64,000 bases of DNA from the NCBI GenBank assembly GCA_964202905.1, contig CAXNJO010000004.1:128001-192000 (forward strand), in the 5' to 3' direction. Positions 51,833-61,600 of the stretch are shown here, piece after piece. Position numbers and translations under genes: made by a program. How positions within the stretch are numbered: the stretch's first letter is position 1; every line of letters begins with the position of its first letter. This DNA comes from Polyangiales bacterium. GTDB lineage: Bacteria > Myxococcota_A > Polyangia > Polyangiales > JADJQN01. A model generated the notes under the pieces. That model was not told the DNA's origin. It was given only the letters and a program-made list of their open reading frames with translations, and searched no databases.

Positions 51833-54281
51833 GTGGGTGAGGGCGGCCGCCGCGCGACGCGCCTCGACCGGATCGCCCTCGGCGCTCTCGGGCTGGTCGT
51901 GGTGGGCGCGCCGCTGCCCCTCGGCGCGACGCCCGGCTGGGCGGTCGTCGGGGTCACGGTGCTCGCGGGGGTTGCACTGCTCGCCTCGGCCGCAGTCGCG
52001 CGGACGCGCGCCACCGGAGTCGCGGTTCCCGCGACGATGCTGCTCGCTTGCGGCCTGGCGGTGTGGACGGGCCTTCAGGCGCTGCCGCTTCCTTGCGCCG
52101 TCGCGGCGTGGGTGCACCCGGCGGCCGCCGAGGCCGCGACGTCGGCTGCGTCGCTGACGGGGGCTGCCCCTTGGTGCGCGGCGAGTCTCGACCCGGGCGC
52201 GACACGCGAGCGATTTCTCGTGGCATGGGGGCTCGCGAGCGTCTTCGGGAGCGCCCTTCTGCTCGCTTCGACGGTGGGAAGACGGCCAGTCGTGATGCTG
52301 GTCGGCATCAGCGCCGTGCTCGGGGCGGTCGTCGGAGGCGTGCACTGGATCGCCGGAGCGACCGAGTTGTTCGGGGTGTTGTCGCCGGTATCCGCTGTGC
52401 CGCGTCTCGTCGGCCCGTTCGTCAACCCGAATGTCGCCGGGGGCATGCACGCCCTCGGCGCTCTCGTGTGCATGACCCTCGCCGCCGACGCCGATGCGAG
52501 AAGCGAGACGTTGGCGTGGGGCACGCTCGCATTTCTTTGCGCTGCGATGTGCATCGCGACCCTGTCGCGCGGGGCTGTCGCAGCGCTCGTGGCCGGAATG
52601 GTCCTCATGGCCCTCGCGCTCGGCCGTCGGAGACGGGGGCGGCACGCTAGCCTTCCGCGGCTGGGGTCGCGTGGACTTCTCGTGATGCCCGCCGTGGTCG
52701 CTGCGTGGATCGTCGCCACCGACGCGAGCCGGGGTGTGTTGGGCGATGAGTTGGGCAGCAGCGACCTGAGCAAACTCGGTTTGATTGGCCGTGCCGCGCA
52801 GTTCGCGCTCAGCGCTCCTTGGACGGGCGTCGGCCGAGGCGCGTTCGGGGTCGCGTTCGCGCGCGAGGTCGGGACGCTGCAGCGCTTCGAGCATGCGGAG
52901 AGTTTCCCCGTCGAGTGGGTGGTCGACTGGGGAATTCCGGTCGCGGTGCTGGCCCTCGTCGTGATCGGGCGCGACGTGCTCGACGCTCTCCGCCGCAGCA
53001 AGAAGACCGTGACGCGCGGCGCGATCGTCGCGCTCTTCGCGTACGGCTGTCACAACCTCGTCGACCTCGGAACGGAGATCTACGGCAGCGTCGCTCGTCG
53101 CGGCGGCGCTCGCCGGCGCGGGCTTCGCGCGTCACGCGGACTCGGCGGCGACTCCGCGCGTCTGGACCGCACGCCGCATCACGATCGCCAGCAGCGCTGT
53201 CGGCCTGGTCACGATCCTCGTCGCGCTCGCTTCGGGCATGCCCGTCGTGACGAGCCAGACGGCGGTGGCGCGCGCGCAGCTCGAGCGGAGCCTCCGGGAG
53301 CGCGATCATGCATCGTTTCAAAACACGCTGCGTGAGGCGCTCCGAGCGCACCCGAGTGAGCCGGCGCTCGCCTTGCTGGCTGCCGCGGAGTCCGTCCAAC
53401 GCGACGCCCCCGACGCCGTGCGCTGGATCACCCGCGCGATGCAGTTGGCACCGCGTTGGCCTGCGCCGCACGAGCTGGCGGCCCGTTGGCTTTTCGCCCA
53501 CGGTCGCCACGATCAGGCGGTGCTGGAACTCCGCGAGATCGCGCGGCTCGACGAGGGCTCGGCCGTGACGGTGCTGTGCCGTCTCCCGGTCGCGCAGCGA
53601 CGTGCGGACACGATCCTCTTCGTCGCGCGGGCGTCGCGGCGCGGGCTCGCGATGGCCGAGCGCGTCGCGGGCTGCCTCGACGCTCGGGGCAACGAACTGT
53701 CCCGCCTCGACGAATCGCTCCTCGGCGTGCGTCCACGCCTGCGCGGTCCACAGTTTCGTGACGCCCGCCGGGCCATCGAGCGCGGGGGCGAGGCGAACGG
53801 AGTCGCGCGCGCGCGCGCCCTCGTGGCCGCGCTGCCGGACGACCCCGACGCGGAGGTCCTCCTCGCGGAGGCCCTGGTGAGGGCGCGGAAGGGCGCGGAC
53901 GCCCTCGCCGTGCTGCAACGCGCGGAGCAGCGGGGCAGTCTCCCGCGGGCCGCGCTGCCCTGGAAGGCGCGCGCGCTCGCGATGGAAGGCGACTTCGACG
54001 CGATGCGCCTCGTGTTCGAGGAGATGCGCGGATTGTCCGGCGGCGAGGGGCGCCTCATCGCGGAGGTCGACCTGCAGCTCGGCACGCTCGAAGAGTCCGC
54101 GCGTCACCATGGGCAAGCGCTCCGCGCCTACGAGCAGGCCTCGCGCATCGCGCCGAACGCAGCGGCGCTGCGCGGCATCATCCGGTGCGCCGAGCGATTG
54201 GCGTTGCCGGACCGCGTCCGGTCAGCCCGTCAGGAACTGTGCGAACTCGTCGCCGACGAGCCCGGCTGCCCGGCGCGCTGA
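51833..54281 (+). pseudogene. O-antigen ligase (Wzy_C) family protein with C-terminal TPRs, frameshifted near 53087
   Basis: GPFVNPN, TLSRGA, TGVGRGAF, HAES, HNLVD; hydrophobic continuation ASLVAAALAGAGF...GMPVV lies in a different frame and joins ORF 53238..54281. Confidence 0.75.
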
Positions 54282-54388
54282 ATGTCGGCTGTCCGGGCCG
54301 CAACCGACCCCCAATCCACCGTGATCGTGCGGCCAGGAGGGGCCCCGCGAGGCTTGACGATGGGCACTTCGGCCGATAAGGAGCGGGC

Positions 54389-56659
54389 GTGGCGGAGCAA
54401 CCAGAGGGGCTAGCAGAGCCGGTCGCCGAGGCTCGCCGCGCGCGGAGCGGAGGCGCCGAGTCCTTCGACCCTCGGGTGCAACTCCGCATCATCTACGCGT
54501 ACAAGTGGCTCGTGTTGGCGGCCCTCGTGCTCGTGGGCGGTGGCGTCGCGCTCTGGACGCTGCGCCAACCTCGCATTTACGAGGCCACCTGCACGATTGA
54601 GTACGATCCCAACCCGCCCAGACCGCTTGGCCAGCAGGTCGAGGACGTCGCCCAGCCCATGGGCAACTTCTGGCAGACCCGCGAGTTCTTCGAGACGCAA
54701 AACCGAATCATCGCGAGTCGCGCCGTCGCCGAGCGCGTCGTCCGCCGCCTCGGCCTCCACCACGACGCGGCGTTCGCGGGCGTGCCCCCCGAGCAGCGAG
54801 CCGGTTGGCGCGGCGTCGACATCACGACGGCGTCGGAGATGTTGCGGCGCCGCGTGCAGGTCGAGCAGGTCCGCGACACGCGCCTCGTTCACGTCCGCGT
54901 GCAGGACGCCGAGCCCGCCAAGGCGCAGCTGCTGGCCAACGCCGTGGCCGACGCGTACGTCGACAAGACGATGGAGGACCGCATGGGCTCCACGTCGCGC
55001 GCGCTCGAGTGGCTCGGTCAACAGGTGGACACGCTGCGCGGCCGTCTCGACGCGTCGGAGACCTCGCTCCACGAGTTCAAGCGTGAACACGGCGTCCTCT
55101 CGGTGTCCGTCGAGGACCGCCAGAGCCTCGTCGCGAGCGAGATCCAGAAGCTCAGCGAGGCGCTCACCGAGAGCAGCATCCGCCGCATCGCGCTGCAATC
55201 GCGCGTCGCCGAGCTGCGCAGCGCGGCCCAGCGCGATCCGCTCGAATGGAGCCCCGTGGAGTCGCTGCCCACGGTGCAGACCTTGCGCGAGAGCCTGCGC
55301 GCGAAGATGGTCGAGCGCGACGCGGCAGCGCAGCGCTACGGCGACGCCCACCCGAAGATGCAGGCCCTCGACTCCGAAATCCGCGCCCTGCGCGTCGATC
55401 TGACGGAGGAGGTCGGTGCGGCGGTCGCGGGCGCGGAGAGCGAGCTGGGGCAGGTCCGGCGAACCGAGACGGGCATCCGCGCGGCGCTCGCCGACGCGAA
55501 CGAACGTGGCTTGGAGCTGAATCTCTGGGAGATCGAGTACGGTCGCCTGAACCGAGAGCGTGAGAGCGGCTCGAAGGTCTACGACCTCGTCCTCAAGCGA
55601 ACCGCGGAGACGGACCTCACGCGCATGCTGCGCGTGACGCACGTCCGGATCGTGGACCGCGCGCTCGTCCCGACGACCTCGGTGAGCCCGAAGGTCCGCT
55701 TCAACATCTCGCTCGGGCTCTTCGGCGGCCTCTTGCTCGGCGTCGTACTCGCGCTCGGCATCGAGCGGATGGACCGCCGCATCCGCAGCGTGGAGGACAT
55801 CGAGCAGCTCGACGTCGCCGTGCTCGGCCTCGTACCGCGGATGGAGGACGACCCGTCCCCGCGCACGCGCCGCAGGGCGCGTGGCGGGAACAAAATCGTG
55901 GGTTCGCGCGACCTCCTCGCACACGAGCAACCGATGTCGACGGTCGCCGAAAGCCTCCGTTCCGTCCGCACGAACCTGGCATTCATGGGTATGCGCGGTG
56001 GATTGCGCTCGTTCGCGGTGACGAGCGCCGCGCCGCGCGAAGGCAAATCCACGGTCGTCACGAACCTCGCGACGAGCATCGCGCAGAGCGGCAAGAGGGT
56101 GTTGCTCATCGACACCGACCTGCGGCGCCCTCGCTTGCACCGCACGTTCTCGGTCGCGCCTGGCGTCGGGATCACCAGCGTGCTGATCGGGGACGCGCAG
56201 TTCGACGAGGCGGTGAAGTCGACGCCCGTGGCCGGGCTCGACCTGATGCCCTGTGGGCCGATCCCGCCGAACCCCTCGGAGCTGCTTCACACCGCGCAGT
56301 TCCGGCAACTCCTCGCGACCGCGCTCTCGAAATACGACCACGTCATCTTCGACAGCCCGCCCCTCGGCGCCGTCACCGACGCCGCGATCATCGCCCCTCA
56401 ACTCGATGGCGTCATCCTCATCGTGAAGGCGCAGTCGACGACGCGGGAGTCCGTGCGTGGCGCGCTCCGCCAGCTTCGCGACGTCAACGCCAACATCCTC
56501 GGCGCAGTCCTCAACGACGTCGACCTGAACTCCGGCCGCTACGGGGAGTCCTACTACTACTACCGCTCCGGCTATTACACGGCCGACTCGCCCAACGACG
56601 CCAAGCGCGGCGGGGGCGGCGACGCCAGCCCGCCGAAACTCCGCGAGAGCCCCGAATGA
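54389..56659 (+). CDS. wzc: Polysaccharide co-polymerase / BY-kinase
   Basis: Two TMs flanking a coiled coil, AESLRSVRTNL, SAAPREGKST, IDTDLRRP, FDSPP, C-terminal Tyr cluster YYYYRSGYY. Confidence 0.93.
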   Translation: MAEQPEGLAEPVAEARRARSGGAESFDPRVQLRIIYAYKWLVLAALVLVGGGVALWTLRQPRIYEATCTIEYDPNPPRPLGQQVEDVAQPMGNFWQTREFFETQNRIIASRAVAERVVRRLGLHHDAAFAGVPPEQRAGWRGVDITTASEMLRRRVQVEQVRDTRLVHVRVQDAEPAKAQLLANAVADAYVDKTMEDRMGSTSRALEWLGQQVDTLRGRLDASETSLHEFKREHGVLSVSVEDRQSLVASEIQKLSEALTESSIRRIALQSRVAELRSAAQRDPLEWSPVESLPTVQTLRESLRAKMVERDAAAQRYGDAHPKMQALDSEIRALRVDLTEEVGAAVAGAESELGQVRRTETGIRAALADANERGLELNLWEIEYGRLNRERESGSKVYDLVLKRTAETDLTRMLRVTHVRIVDRALVPTTSVSPKVRFNISLGLFGGLLLGVVLALGIERMDRRIRSVEDIEQLDVAVLGLVPRMEDDPSPRTRRRARGGNKIVGSRDLLAHEQPMSTVAESLRSVRTNLAFMGMRGGLRSFAVTSAAPREGKSTVVTNLATSIAQSGKRVLLIDTDLRRPRLHRTFSVAPGVGITSVLIGDAQFDEAVKSTPVAGLDLMPCGPIPPNPSELLHTAQFRQLLATALSKYDHVIFDSPPLGAVTDAAIIAPQLDGVILIVKAQSTTRESVRGALRQLRDVNANILGAVLNDVDLNSGRYGESYYYYRSGYYTADSPNDAKRGGGGDASPPKLRESPE

Positions 56660-58416
56660 CCGCACCCAACTACATCCTTGGCATCAACGCGTTTCACGCC
56701 GACGCGGCCGCCGTGCTGCTGCGCGACGGCGAGGTGGTCTGCGCCATCGCCGAAGAGCGCATCAACCGCGTCAAGCATTTCGCAGGTTTCCCGGCGCTCG
56801 CGATCCGGCGCTGCCTCGAGGTCGCGGGCATCGACGTCACCCGCGTCGACCACGTCGCCGTGGGCCGCGACGGCAGCGCGAACCTCATGCAGAAGCTCGC
56901 GTTCGCTGCACGAAACCTCCCGAACATCGGGCAGCTCGCGAAGCAGCGTCTCGAGAACCGGGCCAAGGTCCGCGATACGCTGGCGCTGCTGGCGGACGCG
57001 TGTGGGGTCGAGCGGGGCGCGGTGCGCGCGACGTTCCACGGGGTCGAACACCACCTCTGCCACGCTGCGAGCGCGTTCTTCGCGTCGGATTTCGACGAGT
57101 CGGCCATCCTCTCGATCGACGGATTCGGCGACTTCGCTTCCACGATGGTCGCGCACGGTCGGCACGACACGATCGAGGTGCTCGATCGCGTGTATTTCCC
57201 GCACTCGCTCGGCATCCTCTACACGGCCGTCTGCCAGTACATCGGTTACGGCGGCTACGGCGACGAGGGCAAGGTCATGGGACTCGCGCCCTACGGCGAG
57301 CCGCGATTCATGGACGTGATGCGTGACCTCGCGCGCGAGCGCGAGCGCGGGAAGTTCGAGCTCGGACTCGACTACTTCGTGCATCACACGGAGGGCGTCG
57401 ACTACAGCTTCGACGACCAGGGAAACCCGACCGTCGCGCCCCTCTTCTCGAAGGCGCTGGTCGAGCGCCTCGGCCCCGCGCGCAAGAAGGGTGAGCCGCT
57501 CGAGCAGCGGCACATGGACCTCGCGCGCTCGCTGCAAGGGCGCCTCGAAGAGCTGTATTTCCACGTGTTGCGGGATCTCCACCACCGCGTCGGCTGCGAC
57601 GCCGTGTCCATCGCGGGCGGCGTGGGACTGAACTCGGTGGCGAACGGGAAACTCTTCGCGAACACGCCGTTCCGGCGGCTCGCGACGCATCCGGCCTCGA
57701 CCGACGACGGCACGGCGTACGGTGCCGCGTTGTACGTGCACACGGTCACGCTCGGGTGCGGCCGCCCGGAGCCTCTGCGCACGGCCTACCTCGGAGACGC
57801 GTATTCCGACGACGAGATCCGTGTGGCGCTCGCGCAAGCCGGGATCGACGACGCGCGGCACGTGTCCGATGACGAGTTGTACGCGCTGACGGCGAAGCGC
57901 ATCGCGGCCGGCCAGGTGGTCGGCTGGTTTCAAGGGCGAATGGAATGGGGGCCCCGCGCGCTCGGGGCGCGCTCCATCCTCGCGCACCCCGGCCACCCGG
58001 ACATGAAGGACATCCTCAACTCGCGCATCAAGCACCGCGAGTGGTTCCGGCCGTTCGCGCCCTCGATCCTCGAGGAGCGTACGGGCGACTACTTCACGGA
58101 GACCTGGCCGTCACCGCACATGATGCAGGTCTACGACACGCGCCCCGAGGGCAGGGCGCACCTCGTCGCGGTCGATCACGTCGATCACACGGGGCGCCTG
58201 CAGACGGTGAGCGAGCGCGAAGCGCCCCGGTATTACCGCCTGATTCAGGCGTTCGAGCGCGAGACGGGGATTCCCGTCGTGCTGAACACCTCGTTCAACG
58301 AGAACGAGCCCATCGTGCATACCCCGGCGGAGGCGATCGACTGCTACGCGCGGACGCGGATGGACGTGTTGGTCATCGGCAACTGGGTCGCCGAGAAGGT
58401 TCCGCCCTCGCCGTGA
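56656..58416 (+). CDS. Carbamoyltransferase (NodU/CmcH family)
   Basis: FHADAAA, EERINRVKH, EHHLCHAASAF, KVMGLAPYG, GPRALGARS, FRPFAP, LNTSFN. Confidence 0.93.
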   Translation: MTAPNYILGINAFHADAAAVLLRDGEVVCAIAEERINRVKHFAGFPALAIRRCLEVAGIDVTRVDHVAVGRDGSANLMQKLAFAARNLPNIGQLAKQRLENRAKVRDTLALLADACGVERGAVRATFHGVEHHLCHAASAFFASDFDESAILSIDGFGDFASTMVAHGRHDTIEVLDRVYFPHSLGILYTAVCQYIGYGGYGDEGKVMGLAPYGEPRFMDVMRDLARERERGKFELGLDYFVHHTEGVDYSFDDQGNPTVAPLFSKALVERLGPARKKGEPLEQRHMDLARSLQGRLEELYFHVLRDLHHRVGCDAVSIAGGVGLNSVANGKLFANTPFRRLATHPASTDDGTAYGAALYVHTVTLGCGRPEPLRTAYLGDAYSDDEIRVALAQAGIDDARHVSDDELYALTAKRIAAGQVVGWFQGRMEWGPRALGARSILAHPGHPDMKDILNSRIKHREWFRPFAPSILEERTGDYFTETWPSPHMMQVYDTRPEGRAHLVAVDHVDHTGRLQTVSEREAPRYYRLIQAFERETGIPVVLNTSFNENEPIVHTPAEAIDCYARTRMDVLVIGNWVAEKVPPSP

Positions 58417-58802
58417 TGGCGGCCGGCGACACGCGCGAGGCCGACCCGACGCCGCGGTCGGTCGCGGCCGATTTCGCGCGCGCGCACGCCGCCCTCGAGG
58501 CCGAGATCGCACGCGCGGAACCGCACGATCCGCTCGTCTTCTATCGCTTGCGCGACGTCGCACTCGCCGCGCGCGCCTTCGCGGAGCTGCTCTTCGAGGG
58601 GGCCGGTGTACGGATCGCGCCGCACGGCGAACTGGCCACCGCGCTCGCGGCGCTCGCGCCGCTCGCCAACAGCCACGTGCTGGCGTTCCTGCACGCGCCG
58701 CCCACGCGCGTCGTGGAGCAGGGGCGGGCCGCCGCAGCGCTGGTGTCGTCCCTCCTCGATGCCATCGTGGGGGATGGTTTCGTCGCGCGGGGCGCGCCAT
58801 GA
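58416..58802 (+). CDS. Hypothetical helical protein (128 aa)
   Basis: TGATG overlap upstream and ATGA overlap downstream; fills the gap exactly. Confidence 0.6.
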   Translation: MAAGDTREADPTPRSVAADFARAHAALEAEIARAEPHDPLVFYRLRDVALAARAFAELLFEGAGVRIAPHGELATALAALAPLANSHVLAFLHAPPTRVVEQGRAAAALVSSLLDAIVGDGFVARGAP

Positions 58803-60028
58803 AGATCGCGCTCCTGCACCAACACTATTGGCCGGAGGTCGCGGCCACCGCGCAGCTGCTCGCAGATTTGTGTGAGGATCTCGCCAGCGCGGGTCACGAG
58901 GTGGCCGTCTATTGCGGTCAACCCTCCTACCGCGAGGTGACGCGCCGCTCGCTTCCGGCGCACGAGCGCCATGCGGGCGTCGACATACACCGGGTGTGGT
59001 CGTATCGCCCTGAGCAGCGGACGATCCCGGGCCGCATGGCTCAATACGCGTCGTATTTCGCGGCGTCGCTCGGTGCCATCGCGGCGCGACGCGAGCGCCC
59101 GGACATCGTATTCGTCATGTCCACGCCACCACTCCTGCTCGGGGTGAGCGGCGTGGCGCTGCGGACGCTGCGCGGCATTCCGTTCGTCTACTCAGTGCAG
59201 GACCTCTACCCGGACGTCGCCGTCGATCTCGGCGTGCTACCGCGCGGCCCGCTCGCGTCGTCGATCGATCGCGTCGCCACGTCGCTCTACCGCTCGGCCG
59301 CGCGGCTCGTCGCGGTGTCGGAGTCGATGGCCGTTCGCCTCGTGCGCAAGGGCGTGCCGCCGGACCGGATCGACGTCATCCACAACTGGGCCGACACCGA
59401 CGCGGTGGTGCCGCTGCCGCGCGACAACGACTTCGCGCGGGCGCACGACCTCGCGGCGCAATTCGTCGTGCAATACGCGGGGAACGTCGGGCGCAGCCAG
59501 GGGCTCGAGCACCTGCCCGCGGCGGCCGCAGCCCTGCGCGACCTGCCGATCACGTTCGCGATCGTGGGTGATGGGGACGCGCGCCCCGCCCTCGAACGCG
59601 AGGTCGCGCGCATGCATCTGACGAACGTGCGGTTCCTTCCACCCCAGCCCCGCGCGTCGCTCGCGGGGATGCTCGCGTCGAGCGACCTCGGGTTCGTGCC
59701 GATGCGTCGTGGCATCGGGGGAGACCTCATGCCGAGCAAGCTCTATGGGATCATGGCCGCCGCGCGGCCGGTTCTCGCGGCCGTGGAGGACGACACGGAG
59801 GTCGCGACGGTGGTGCGTCACAACGCGTGCGGCATCGTGGTGCCCGCCGAGGACCCGCGCGCGCTGGCGGACGCGATTCGCGCGGCCTGGGTCGATCGCG
59901 GCGCGCTCCCCGAGGCTGGGGCCCGGGGCCGCAGCGCGTGCATCCGGCTCTTCAGTCGCGGCGCCGCGACGCGCCGCTATGCCGAAGTGCTCGAGCGCGC
60001 GGTCGTGACGCGGCCGGGGGCACATTGA
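58799..60028 (+). CDS. Glycosyltransferase family 4 (WcaI/WbuB-like)
   Basis: HYWPE, VQDLYPD, IHNWAD, YAGNVGRSQG, PSKLYGIMAA. Confidence 0.9.
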   Translation: MKIALLHQHYWPEVAATAQLLADLCEDLASAGHEVAVYCGQPSYREVTRRSLPAHERHAGVDIHRVWSYRPEQRTIPGRMAQYASYFAASLGAIAARRERPDIVFVMSTPPLLLGVSGVALRTLRGIPFVYSVQDLYPDVAVDLGVLPRGPLASSIDRVATSLYRSAARLVAVSESMAVRLVRKGVPPDRIDVIHNWADTDAVVPLPRDNDFARAHDLAAQFVVQYAGNVGRSQGLEHLPAAAAALRDLPITFAIVGDGDARPALEREVARMHLTNVRFLPPQPRASLAGMLASSDLGFVPMRRGIGGDLMPSKLYGIMAAARPVLAAVEDDTEVATVVRHNACGIVVPAEDPRALADAIRAAWVDRGALPEAGARGRSACIRLFSRGAATRRYAEVLERAVVTRPGAH

Positions 60029-61557
60029 AGTCCGCGCTCGCCGCGTTCCTGATCGCGTCCGCCGCCGCTGCGGCGCTCACGCCGATCGTGCGTTTGTTCG
60101 CGTCGCATCTCGGGGTCGTCGATCAGCCGGGAGGGCGTCGTGTGCACACGCGCGTGATCCCGCGGCTCGGCGGAGTCGCCGTGGTCATCGCCTTCTTCTC
60201 TTCGCTTCTGGTGTTGTTCGCGCTCGAGACGTCGCTGGCCCAGTCGTTCTTCCGCGACCCGCAGCGCGTCGTTGGGCTCACGGCCGGCGGACTCCTCGTC
60301 TCGGGCCTCGGGATGATCGACGACGTCGTGGGCGTCCGGGCCTGGAAGAAGCTCGGCGTGCAGAGCGTCGCGGCCCTGATCGCGTGGGCGGCGGGCTTCC
60401 GCATGGAGGCGATCGGGCTGCCGCTGCTCGGCAACGTGGAGCTCGGGTGGCTCGGCGCGCCGTTCACGATGCTGTGGATCGTCGGGGTCATCAACGCGCT
60501 CAACCTCATCGACGGGCTCGATGGGCTCGCGGCGGGCATCGCGTTCTTCGCGTGCGTGACGAACTTCGTCGTCGGTGCGATCAACGGGTTACCGCTCGTG
60601 ATGCTCCTCTCGGCCGCCCTCGGCGGGGCGGTCCTCGGCTTCCTCCTCTACAACTTCAATCCCGCGACGATCTTCATGGGCGACTCGGGGAGCATGTTCC
60701 TCGGGTTCACGCTCGCGACGACGTCGATGATGGGCTCGTCGATCCAGGGATCGACGACCGTGGCCATCCTCGTCCCGGTGCTCTCGCTCGGCGTGCCCGT
60801 GGTGGACACGCTCTTCGCGATGGTTCGTCGGTTCCTCGAACGCCGCCCGATCTTCTCACCCGATCGCGGGCACATCCACCATCGTCTCCTCGATCTCGGG
60901 ATCACCCATCGGCGCGCGGTGCTCATCCTCTACGGGATGTCGGTGGTCCTCACTGGGGGGGCGATCACCGTGGCGCTCGGGCGCAACTGGGAGGTCGGCG
61001 CTGCGCTGCTCCTCGTGAGCATCGCGATGGTCGGCCTCGTGCGTTTCGTCGGCTACTTCGAATACGTGCAGATCCGGCGACGTCAGCGTGAGCGCATCAG
61101 CTCCGCCGACGTCGTGAAGCTCCGCGACGGCGTACCGGCCGTGATCACGCGGCTGCAGGGCACCGCCGACGTCGAGTCGGTGATGCGTGAGCTCGGCACG
61201 TTCGCGGTCTCGACGGCGATGCACTCGGCCGTGCTCACGGCGCCGGCGGGCGCGCGGGTGGCTCCGGTGTCCTTCATCCCCGTGCAACCCGGTGAGGAGG
61301 GCACGGCGCCCTTGGTGGGGCACGTGCGGGCGAGTTTCCCCCTGCGCTCGCTCGGGGCAGGGGTCGTGCTCAAGTTCGCGTGGCGGTCTGAGGACGCGGA
61401 GGTCTCGCCGCAAGCCGACATCCTGCTCCAACTCGTCGCGGACACCGCGGAGAAGCGCCTCGCGGAGCTGACGTCGAGCGACCGCCACAGCGGTTCGCCC
61501 ATCGCCGATCTCAACGATCACCGGGACAAGGTCCGCCGCCGCCACGAAGCGGGCTGA
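60025..61557 (+). CDS. WecA/TagO-like undecaprenyl-phosphate HexNAc-1-P transferase with C-terminal extension
   Basis: PRLGG, GMIDD, NALNLIDGLDGL, IFMGDSGS, DRGHIHHRL; TTG start overlapping upstream stop. Confidence 0.9.
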   Translation: MKSALAAFLIASAAAAALTPIVRLFASHLGVVDQPGGRRVHTRVIPRLGGVAVVIAFFSSLLVLFALETSLAQSFFRDPQRVVGLTAGGLLVSGLGMIDDVVGVRAWKKLGVQSVAALIAWAAGFRMEAIGLPLLGNVELGWLGAPFTMLWIVGVINALNLIDGLDGLAAGIAFFACVTNFVVGAINGLPLVMLLSAALGGAVLGFLLYNFNPATIFMGDSGSMFLGFTLATTSMMGSSIQGSTTVAILVPVLSLGVPVVDTLFAMVRRFLERRPIFSPDRGHIHHRLLDLGITHRRAVLILYGMSVVLTGGAITVALGRNWEVGAALLLVSIAMVGLVRFVGYFEYVQIRRRQRERISSADVVKLRDGVPAVITRLQGTADVESVMRELGTFAVSTAMHSAVLTAPAGARVAPVSFIPVQPGEEGTAPLVGHVRASFPLRSLGAGVVLKFAWRSEDAEVSPQADILLQLVADTAEKRLAELTSSDRHSGSPIADLNDHRDKVRRRHEAG

Positions 61558-61600
61558 TGCGGCGTGCGGGGGGCCGTCGGGCGCGCGGCAGCTCGCGCGC

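Noticed and set aside
54354..54382. Promoter upstream of wzc (TTGACG)
   Set aside because: No convincing -10 element at 16-18 nt spacing; the candidate overlaps the RBS.
56552..56563. (TAC)4 microsatellite
   Set aside because: Encodes the normal Wzc C-terminal tyrosine cluster.
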